This document shows, piece after piece, positions 53,765 to 64,000 of a stretch of DNA of 64,000 nucleotides. Every line of letters starts with the position of its first letter. Position 1 is the stretch's first letter. The notes under the pieces are model-generated. The model was not told the origin of the DNA. It ran no database searches and was given only the letters and a program-made list of their open reading frames with translations. Origin of the DNA: Octopus bimaculoides (taxonomy: Eukaryota); assembly GCF_001194135.2 (NCBI RefSeq), contig NC_068991.1, positions 80,340,959 through 80,404,958 on the forward strand, written 5' to 3'. The position numbers and the translations under genes are program-made.

Positions 53765-55316
53765 AACGTTCTTATTCTTTTTATTGGCCAAACAGAGCCG
53801 AACACAGAAGGGACAGCTCATGGTGGGGACAGAAAAAGATAACCGGATGGAAAGGATGAATTAGATAAATGAGAAATGAAATGAAGCCGTTCGGCCCCAC
53901 CCCCGAGCGACTTCATTCAACCTGTTAATACAACTTCTTTTCAAAACATCATTTGTAACTGTTACCTTTCATCTTTCCGAAGAATGTCGCTGTCAAATTT
54001 CTTTAAAAGTTCAAGATAGCTTACCCGTTCTGGTATTGTGCTGGTGTCTATTTTCTTGACCCACCACTCAAAGTCCCCCTCATAATCCTTTATTCTCGAA
54101 AGATACTCTGGGTTTGCCACCGCACAATGTTAGTCCTCGAGCAATCCCCTAACTTTTCTTCGCTTCACTTTTATCGCTCTGTCCCACGAGTTTGTCTCAT
54201 TAAGTTTTCCATTTTTGTCTATTGTACAGTATAACATATTTTTTCTCACAGGGCAAGGGTGGGGAAGTTTGCGACCCCTGTGTGCTTGTCTTTCTGTCAG
54301 ATGAGGCATGGAGTAGGTTGGTGTCTGTCGGGGGCTAGAGTGGGTGTGGGGTGGGAGGTCATCATTTAGAAAGTCTGCTTTTTTCCTTCTTTCTTTTTTC
54401 CAGCCGTTTCCCATCCATTTTTTTCTCCTTTCATTTCCTCTTCCACGGCGCTGGAATTGGTTTTCACCAGTGGTGAAGTTGCGATTTTCTTCCTGCTCCC
54501 GGGTTTCTCTTTAGTCTTCACGGGAGGTGGAGAACGGTCCGCTCTAATGTGACCTTTCAGGCCACATTTATAGCATTGCGGGATCCTGCCTTCAACTCTG
54601 ACCCTGCGTGTCACCTCTTCGACCGTGATGGTCTCGACCATATTTTCAAGGTCTTCCGGGGCCGCCTGGATTATCATATCTAGGTTCTGCCCTTGCCAGT
54701 TCTTATGGGGCGTTCTAGTGGCCTGGAGAACCACTACCTTCTCTTCCGTGCCCAGCAGTATGGTAGCTGCTAGTCAGGCTACATTTCTGAGATATATGTC
54801 TTCTACCCCAATCCTGGAAGCACCTCCACCGTTCCAAACTTTCTTCCTCTGGAAAGATAAGAAATCCCTTGCTAGATTGGTTTTAATGCCTTTTCGACTT
54901 GATCGGTCAATATGATTTCAATTTTCCTTGTTGTTGCTCAGTACGTCCTGTAAATAATGTTTGTGTTTTAAACTTCTTGGGGGGACACTTTTACATCGTT
55001 CCCCTTCCTTTTAAGCATTTCTTTGAATCTACTCAACTCCTCCAGACACACGTCTTTGCTTTTCTTTTTCACCGCCTCTGTATAATTATTCGCCTCCATT
55101 GCTTCGTCTATTCTCTTCAGACTTTTAACCAGCTCTTCATCAGACGTCGTCAAGTCTGAAGAAGAACTCCAGCCTTCGTATTCCATTACAAAGGCACGAA
55201 CCTACGACGTTCCCCCATCAAGCAAGAGGGCAAAATACGCGTTTCACTCAAAGACAGCAGTTCAACAGCAATCAACAAGACGACTACCAAAATGCTCTCT
55301 GGCTTCTGCAGCCACT
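53765..55316 (-). mobile_element. ORF1-only (gag-like, zinc knuckle) retroelement, L1/Tx1-like, decayed
   Basis: Interrupted frame 55186->53962 with ISYLSRGRKFGTVEV and CYKCGLKGHIRAD, then a T/C-rich 3' UTR and AATAAA at 53785-53780; no RT or endonuclease motifs seen. Confidence 0.7.
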
Positions 55317-55347
55317 AAACAATAACAACAACAACAACAACAATAAC

Positions 55348-55384
<37 letters not shown>

Positions 55385-55938
55385 GTTTCAGATTTTGCCA
55401 CAAGGGTAGCAATTTTTCAGGGTGGGGATGAATCGATTACATCGACCCCAGTTTTCAATTAGTACTTAATTTATCCCGCTGAGCATTTTGTCCGAAGCAA
55501 TAACACGAAGACGGCGATTCTGGCAGAATTGTGAGAGCATCGCAAAAAATACATTGCAGGTTCTGAGTTCAAATCCCGCCGAGGTCAACTTTACCTTTCA
55601 TCCTTCAGTGGTCGATAAAATAAACTACCAGTTAACTACCAGGGATAATGATATCGCCTGGTCCACTCCTCTCAAAATTGCTGGTGTTGTTCCTAAATTG
55701 GAAGCGATATCGTTTACAAAACATTAAACAATGAAACCGCCTTTTATGTTGTAACTGCCATTGTTTTAGTCCTGTATTTTTTAATCCTTTGTTCTGCTTT
55801 TGTTCTGCTGCCATCAGATTAATCTTATTAACAAAAAGCCTGCTCGTATATTGCTTCATAATCTTGATCTTATATTTCTTTAAAGATTGTTGCAAAGTTT
55901 AACAGAATTCTCTGAAATATATGTATTTCCTATTCCAG

Positions 55939-55996
55939 GCTTCCTACTTGCCAATGTCGATTATAATTGTCGGAGTAGGGAGTGCGGATTTTGAAG
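55939..55996 (+). CDS. CPNE8: Copine exon, vWA (ASYLPMSIIIVGVGSADFE), phase 0->1
   Basis: tattccag acceptor, gtatgg donor, 58 bp. Confidence 0.96.
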
Positions 55997-56123
55997 GTAT
56001 GGGCCAGTGTTTTCCTTTCATTTCAGTTTTTCAGAGAAGCGCGGGTTAATCTTAACATTTTGAAAATAGCTCAAATTTAGCTACTTATGATAACTCTGGG
56101 AATATAAGTTTGATCATCATCAC

Positions 56124-56162
<39 letters not shown>

Positions 56163-57406
56163 TATTATCGTGATAATCTGGCAATGCCAGCAACGGTGAT
56201 GACAACAATGATGATGATGTAGCGGAGGAAGCGGAGGAAGAGAAGGAAGAGGCAGATGGTAGAGGTAGCAGAGGTGGTGGTGATGATGATGATGAGGAGG
56301 AGGAGGAGGAGGATGGTGGTAGGGGTAGTGGGGTAATGGCGATGATGATGATGATGATGATGACGACGATCCAACCACGACGACGACTATGAAGGGTGCG
56401 AGCAGGGCTGCAGGGTTTGTTCGGTTTGAGACGACGTTGTACCGATTTCAAGCTCTCTGCACGGCATATTCGACAAATGTCTTCTAAAATGGTGTCTGAA
56501 GCTGAACCGAACAATGTAAAAAATCTATTTCACTCCTGTTGGTGGTTGAGTCGAGTGATTCGCTCATCAACAGGAGTGAAATAATCAAAGAACAGTCGTG
56601 GATCAGAGGCCGGCCATATTGTTTTGTTTCATTCTTCCAATTGTTATTCTTTATTTTGCTCTTTGAAATACTTAAATATTTTAAAATGTTAAATTATAGA
56701 AATTATATTCAGAACTGGTTTGTTACGACGTTTCGTATACGAATGAGTCTAATGTAAACAACAATGCGATCGCAGATAGAAAAATAGGAAAGGGTGTATA
56801 TGGATATTTCATGAGTTCTTGATCTTTCTTCAGTGTCACATCCAACCGATTAAACATCTATGAACTCATTGCTTAAATTACCACTAAATGTATCGTTGTA
56901 ACCTTATAGGATAGGCCAATTTTACATATTAAACACATTCTTGGCAGCTGGTACGCTCATCTTAATTATTTGTAGGGACACTGTATTTCGTTATGCAACC
57001 ATAATATTCTACAAAGTACATTAAACGCTTTATAAGTCAATACTGTGTCCTACAGTGTTAGCAGTGATATTAAATATACTTGTTAAGGTTATCTCTCTAT
57101 TTATAATTTCTATAGAAAATCTGTAGAGATGACCTTAACAAATGATTTAATAGCACTGCTAACACAGTAGAACACGGTATTGAATTATAAAGCGTTTAAT
57201 ATAGTTTGTAGAATATTATGGTTGCATAACATAATGCGGTGTCCCGACAAGTAATCAAATATTTTAAGATAAGCACAGTGTGTAATAATGATATAGAACA
57301 ACGTTAGGGTAAGAAATGCATTGATGATAAAGAAATAAAGGGAAATGTTGTGATTAATAAAGTAAAACAGTTTAATAATCAATTTAATTTAATTTTCATT
57401 CCATAG

Positions 57407-57480
57407 CAATGAATATTTTGGACTCTGATGATGGTCTGTTGCATTCCGGGCAACTGGTTGCCCAAAGAGATATTGTTCAG
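57407..57480 (+). CDS. CPNE8: Copine exon, vWA (A-MNILDSDDGLLHSGQLVAQRDIVQ), phase 1->0
   Basis: ttccatag acceptor, gtaaat donor, 74 bp, RDIVQ. Confidence 0.95.
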
Positions 57481-58556
57481 GTAAATGTCTATTATGTGAA
57501 CATTACACCTTGAAATAATAATATACATACATACATACATACATACGCACACTAAGGCTGACAACAAATATTTTGTTTCAAAAACTCGTCTTAAGAGAAT
57601 TTGTGCGTTAAAAGCAGAGATTACTACCGGTGACTTTCTCAGCGAACTCTGTAATTTTAACATATTAAAGTAAGTTTTCTTGAGACAAAATATTACAGCT
57701 AACGCCGAAACATCGTTATTTTTTATCTAATTCTGTTTCATGTCCGTTTATTGATGTAATATTATAATTTGAATTTTGCTTTTAGAACATATTTTTTTAT
57801 TTTTTTAGGAGCTAAAGTAATACAACTGAGCTGATACGATGTTATGTTAAGATTATTAGCTGAAGAGTTAACATTCTGAGTCGTGTAACCAGCTTTGCGC
57901 TTTGGCAAAGACATTAAACCTATTCTTGGCCCCGTTTGACTTAACTATAAACATGGGCAACGACAACGTAGAGTCAAGAGGTCCCTTTAGTTTCATCATG
58001 TCGGGGGCCACAATAAACTCTGTAGTGTTGATTCCACGATAAACTGCAGCCACTACACTTTTTTTTATAATGATTGGTGCTAGCAAAGGAATCCAACTGA
58101 AGAAACCAGTCAAATGGCTTGCGCGAGCTTTCGTTTTCGGCCAACGTCATAATCTTCTTTAATCTCGGATCCTCCTAAATGTTATGAGTGAAACAAGGGA
58201 GACGGAAACCATAAAGAATCCTAACGAGTGGATTTTACCCGTAATTCCAATGGAACAGCTTTGTCCCACACTGCGTTGCTCTGATTCTGTCTGAGAATTA
58301 CGATCAGATAACACATGTCTATGAGACACTCTACCACCTAAACATTTATTCAGGAGCAAATAATTCAGTTTATTACACAACTGAATTCTCGTCATCAAAC
58401 GACGGAGATCCACCACATATTTTGCCATCATTACTGTTTTATTTATTTATTATTTTTTTTTGCAGTCATTCTTGTTTCTATTTTTAAATGTTTGCTTTAT
58501 TACTCCTTTAATTATTTTCTTATTTTTTAAACTTTTCCATTTTTTTCTTTCCTCAG

Positions 58557-58715
58557 TTTGTTCCATTCCGAGATTTCCTCGGTGGTCAATATGGGAGCCG
58601 CATGCATGTCAGTCAAGCATACCTTGCTAAAGAAGTCTTGGCTGAAATTCCAGAACAATTCCTGTCGTATATGAAGCTCCATGGTATATTGCCCGCTTCT
58701 CCGACTGAAGCTTAA
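58557..58715 (+). CDS. CPNE8: Copine last coding exon (FVPFRDFLGG...LAKEVLAEIPEQFLSYMKLHGILPASPTEA*)
   Basis: cctcag acceptor, 159 bp to TAA at 58713-58715; a candidate AATAAA lies at 59113-59118. Confidence 0.95.
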   Translation, partial: FVPFRDFLGGQYGSRMHVSQAYLAKEVLAEIPEQFLSYMKLHGILPASPTEA

Positions 58716-59208
58716 ATCTCCCATATTGAATGAAAGCAGCAAAGAACAAAGAATGAAGAAGTTAACTGCCAAATTGGGGTTTGTAGAGAGCCAAAAGTAC
58801 ATTTCCATAGTCTTTTACTTTAAGAAGTCAGCCCTTACTGACTACTAACTAAATGCAAGTTGAGCAAAATAGTAAAATCTCCTCACAAGGTCTTCGGATA
58901 ACTATTCATACAGACAGACAGACAGACAGACATTAATATGTGGTTATTTTCGTGTGAAGTCGGCGACTGTTCCGGTTGCTTTTCAGGAGTTCTTGTTTCA
59001 TGCAATCTTTCAAATGACAAAGAGAGATCACTCGACTATTTTTTGTTGCTTGAAGGGTTACGTTTGGCGACAAAGCCTGTGTAGCAACGGAGTGAATCAT
59101 CCATTTTAAACCAATAAATAAACTATTATGTCTACTGAACACAAGTTTACCCCTTGGTAAATTCAAACGCATATATCTGTGTGTGTGCGTGTGTATACGC
59201 ATACACAT

Positions 59209-59254
<46 letters not shown>

Positions 59255-59874
59255 ACAAGTGTGTGTAAATATATATTTATATATATTAATAGGCAATTGT
59301 CTTTCTCTGATGATGGTACCCGTGTGAAACATCAGAAACTATCTTCCCGATGCAAATGCGTTTTACAAATATATACTGACAACTGGTAGCCGACACAGAC
59401 CGCAGATATCTTCCCTAATTGGTTGGGGTGGGGTTTCCTAATAGCCGCAAGACCAGAAATTTGAAAACTTCATGGGTGATGTTAGTTGGTGAAGGCGATC
59501 CCAGTACACGACTAGTGATTTGTTTTATGAATTTCCGAAAGAATGAAAGGCAAAGCTGAATATAATGGGATTTGAATTCAAGACTTAATGAGTCGGGCAA
59601 TCACAGTTTATTTTTTCCGATGTTTAATGATTCCGGTAATTTATCTCTACATTTCCGATTTTTTTTTTTCTTACTCATTAATAAATAATTATTATTTAGA
59701 TTGGTAAAAGGCTACAAAGTTTTACAGAGAAAAATTGATTTACCAGACTTTCCTTCAGACAAGTCTTTATTTTATTGACCCCCAGATGGAGAAAAGGCAA
59801 ATGGTAGGATTTGAACTGAAAGGTAAAGAAATGTAACTAAATACCACGAGACAATTGTTCCGCCACCCTACCGC

Positions 59875-60215
59875 TCCTCCTCCTCCTCCTTCTTCTTCTT
59901 CTTCTTCTTCTTCTTCTTCTTCTTCTTCTCCTCCTCCTCCTCCTCCTCCTCCTCCTTCTTCTTCTTCTTCTTCTTCTTCTTTTTCTTCTCCTCCTTCTTC
60001 TTCTCCTTCTTCTTCTCTTTCTTCTCCTTCTTCTTCTTCTTTTTCTTCTTCTTCTTCTTCTTTTTCTTCTTTTTCTTCTTCCATGCCTACAGGCATTGGT
60101 GATGATGGACTTCCATAGCCTTCAATCCCACATACAAATTAGCACCATCTTTTCTGAAGCCAGTTATTACAGCCATCGAGTACTCTCTCTCTCTCTCTCT
60201 CTCTTTTTCTCTCTT

Positions 60216-60305
<90 letters not shown>
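59875..60305. repeat. Compound (CCT)n/(TCT)n and (CT)n microsatellites; representative of dozens of (AT)n, (CA)n, (AG)n, (AAT)n and (GATA)n tracts in the window
   Basis: Direct inspection. Confidence 0.95.
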
Positions 60306-60306
<1 letters not shown>

Positions 60307-62631
60307 TCTTTTTCTAATATTTACCACCATATATATTTCTCCTCAGATTTTTTGCCCAAAAATCCACTTCTAGATAGAGTATCGTGTCTCGTTTACTTCC
60401 AATAATGACCATCAAAGAGATTCTCTGCACTAAACAACCACGGTCATCTGTATTCTGCATAAAGTCTCTGGTCGTTTTTTTCCGTCTCCATTTTCTATTC
60501 AACTTTCCTCTTTGTATCCCCACAACAAAGGACTACCACTTCCTAAGCCGCCCCTGCCCTCATCCAACACCGTCCCCTTTCCCAGAAAGCCTAAATAGCC
60601 CTTGTACTCAATTGCTTTTACTCTTTGAGTTGCTTTGGGCATGAAGAGCAGCCCAAACTGCGTATATCTCTTTGAAATTTACATTGAGAGACAGATTTTC
60701 TTTCCAGTTCATTTCATCCACCTCAGGTCTATACCAGTCGTTATACTGACCAACGTACCAGGCCATCCACACATACCGGACAGTAACTAGATAGCCCCAT
60801 CTTTAATACTATCTTCCTCCACTCAGATATAGAATTCCCATCTATTGTATCTGATGTCTCCGTTAGCCTCCTAGATATTCCTGTCACTATCAGTAACCTC
60901 TGTCCATCTCTGTCTATTACCATCCCATTGATTCCAACTTCCAATTTCCTTCCAGCTTCCGCTCAATTTAGATTAAATTTACAATTTCATTCTCTCAGTT
61001 CCTACCACTTTGCATACTGGGTACCAGCGCCACCCTTCAATTGACTGAAACCTCAGTTGGTTGTGAAGCTGGCAATAGGTCGGGTCAAAGTCATCGACTG
61101 AGCTACCACATTTTTTTTTTACTCTCCTATTCATCAAATTCCACTCCCCTTCACCTTTCTCCCGGAAATCCTTTCAGTAAACCACAATCCTCTGTAACTT
61201 CAAGGAGAATTTTTGAGAGAGAGAGAGAGAGAGAGAGAGCGCTTTTTTTACTGACTTGAACAACAAAGTGGTGACCGACGACAATGGGATGGCTGGTCCC
61301 ATGATAGTGTGTTAGTCCTCCTACAACTATAACAACTACACGAATGACCAATTAATGGACTTTAATTCTTAGTACTTCAAATACTTCAATGATTTATCTT
61401 TATCATCTCAAGGGAGAATTTTAGATGAGTACAAATAAAACCTTACCTCAGCTCTCTCCTCCTATACTACAGGTGCAAACACCAACACCCCAGGCCTGCG
61501 AAGGCTTAAGTTTGCCTATACCACCTCAGCAATCACAAAGCTAACCGACCTCTGCGCTGGAACATCACTTGAGTACTATAAAAAACACTCTACTTTGGTG
61601 TAATTCTGTACTACTTTCTCTCCTTTAAGGATCATCTCAAAGAAATAACTAAATGAAAAGTCAGTTCCATGGAATAACATGTAAAATTACTAAGTCCTGA
61701 GGAGAAAGAAAAGAAAATGTGTCACAATCCACCGCGCTGGCCTTGTGTTATTTCTTTACAGACTACCTATGCCTTGTTTGATGTAATCAACCCATGCCAA
61801 GAATCTTGACCCATCGTTGAACAACACCTAATACATGGTCACTGGCTGCTTGGAACCCACCAAATCAAACGACCTACACTTTCTTGTTAGCACTGCCCCT
61901 CCTCTTACACCAGATGAGATGTTGTCAGTCTAAATGAAGTGACAAAGGCTGTTAACAAATGAATGCCACTTCCTCCATGAACGCCAGACTCGGAGCCCAG
62001 TGACTGAAATCAACTGCCCAGAATTTGCATACATATCCAAAATCATCTCAGAATAATGCATAGAACAAGAAATATGATTTCCATGATCTCCCTGGAGTAA
62101 TATTTGTGACTTTCGTACAACGGAATGCACACACACTCAACCGGGCAAATTGTTACCATAACAACAATTATTAGACGTAACTATATATAAACATTCTTGC
62201 GATTTCCGTTTATAGCAAACGCTTCGTTACAAATATGATTGCGCCTTAACAAAACTAAAGCAACTACGAATCTCCATAGTACGAATCTTCGACATATCAA
62301 TCAAACCTCACACAACACCTATAGATTGGAGAATGTTGTCTCTGTTATCTAAAAGGACAGGATGGCCACAGCCAGAATGCTTTTTATTATAGGTTACTTA
62401 TTATTGGTGAGGCAAAAATCAGTGTTAAACAACAGTTCGAACAACGCTGTAGATTCGCCTGCTAGAAATAACATACAGTGCCTCCTCAAATCATACCCTA
62501 TCGCCTTCGAAATAGAACGATACATTAGAGTACAGACAGACAGACAGACAGACAGATAGAGAGACAGATAGAGAGACAGATAGAGAGACAGATAGAGAGA
62601 CAGATAGATAGATAGATAGATAGATAGATAT

Positions 62632-62683
<52 letters not shown>

Positions 62684-64000
62684 TATAATATGGATCTTTG
62701 TGTAGCTTTAGCAGAGTTCACATTGTTGCCAACCATTGAAGCCAGGTTTCCTGTTTGAATATATATTTTCCCTCTTTCCCACAAGTCTTGACTAAAAGAC
62801 TTTTTTTAAAACCGATTTCCATGAGAACAAAGCTACGTATTGGAATGATTGATTACAAGGACGCTAATTAAGACAGGATTTGATAAAACAAAACTCTGGG
62901 TGAATGAATATTGGTGAGGATAAGAGTAATGGTCAATTAGATCACGAAATCGTAAATCTCTAAGGTTGTTGGATGTTATTTACTTTTTCCAATGCAGAAA
63001 ATTGTTAATCCAATATGAGAGGAGTACTAAGGCATAGTTCTGGGGCTACTCTGAGGATTTGGCATGTCCCCTGTGTGTTGATAGGAAGCCCTTATTTGTT
63101 TCTAATGTTTTGAATTCTGTCACATTTAATTACATTGTGTGCTTATATAATTTAGTTAATTTTTGGTTCAATTAAAAACAATTTATAACGTTTGGATATC
63201 CAGTGAAACATCTTTGATTCTGGCCTTTTCTCGTTTTTTATAACTATTTTATTCAGCTCTGCGTTTTCGTTTTTGTAATGCCTTTTGTAATGTCGTTTCA
63301 TTGTGTGTGAAAATGGTCCCTGGTAAAACACAAAAAATAAACAGGAAGTATGGGGGCCTTAAATAGAAACAGACTCTATCATAATAAGCACAGTGGAAAT
63401 GTTTTAAACAAAGACGTAGAAATACATAATACAAACCTCAAGCTTATTTCAGCACGAGACCAGAGATTTGAGTAGAACTTTATAATTATCAACCCCGAAA
63501 GGATGAAAAAATAAGAACGACCTTGGCGAAGTTTGGAAGCAAAAACGGGAAGAAAAACCGCTAAGCATTTTATCCGGGGTGCTAATGATTCTGCCAGCTA
63601 ACCGATTTCATAATAATAATAATCCCCTCTACTAAAGGCACAAGGCCTGAAATTTTGAGGGAAGGGGTGAGTCGATTTCATCGATCCCAGTGCTCAACTG
63701 ATATATATTTTATTGACCCTGAAAGGATGAAAGGAAAAGTCGACCACGACGGAATTTGAACTCAGAACGTAAAGATGGACGAAATACCGCGAAGCATTTT
63801 GCCCGGCGTGCTAACAATTCTGCCAGCACGCCACGACGACGGCGACGACGACGACGACGAGGAGGAGGATTCCAAATTTTTGCCGCAAGGGCAGATCGGA
63901 GGAGCGGATTAAGTCGATTACATGGACCCCAGTGTTTCACTAGTACTTAATTTATCGACCCCGAAAGGATGAAAGGTAAAGACGACTTCGGCGGAATTTG

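Noticed and set aside
60314-62140. Several short minus-strand ORFs resembling LINE ORF1/esterase debris
   Set aside because: Motif order did not fit a CR1 esterase and no family could be supported.

Overview
AT-rich, microsatellite-dense animal genomic DNA with scaffold N-gaps. The repeat landscape looks like an octopus or other coleoid cephalopod (inference, not verified). The dominant feature is a plus-strand copine gene (C2A end + C2B + vWA; CPNE5/8/9-like). I could splice 16 GT-AG exons from 7773 to the stop at 58715 into one continuous frame of 442 aa. The first C2A exons were not found and probably lie upstream of the window. The introns hold decayed Tc1/mariner, piggyBac and RLE-type (R4/Dong-like) elements, a zinc-knuckle ORF1-only retroelement, three tRNA-like SINE families, and several Penelope-type minimal hammerhead ribozyme motifs. 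The most notable unexplained items are: a back-to-back inverted pair of intact-core hammerheads; a tandem hammerhead-like repeat with a variant core; an unassigned antisense terminal-exon-like ORF at 1320-1578; an in-frame partial duplicate of a C2B exon; two microexons in the C2A-C2B junction; and a ~165-bp inverted repeat bracketing one vWA exon. No CRISPR array, rRNA or true tRNA was seen. All family assignments come from recalled motifs; no database search was run.
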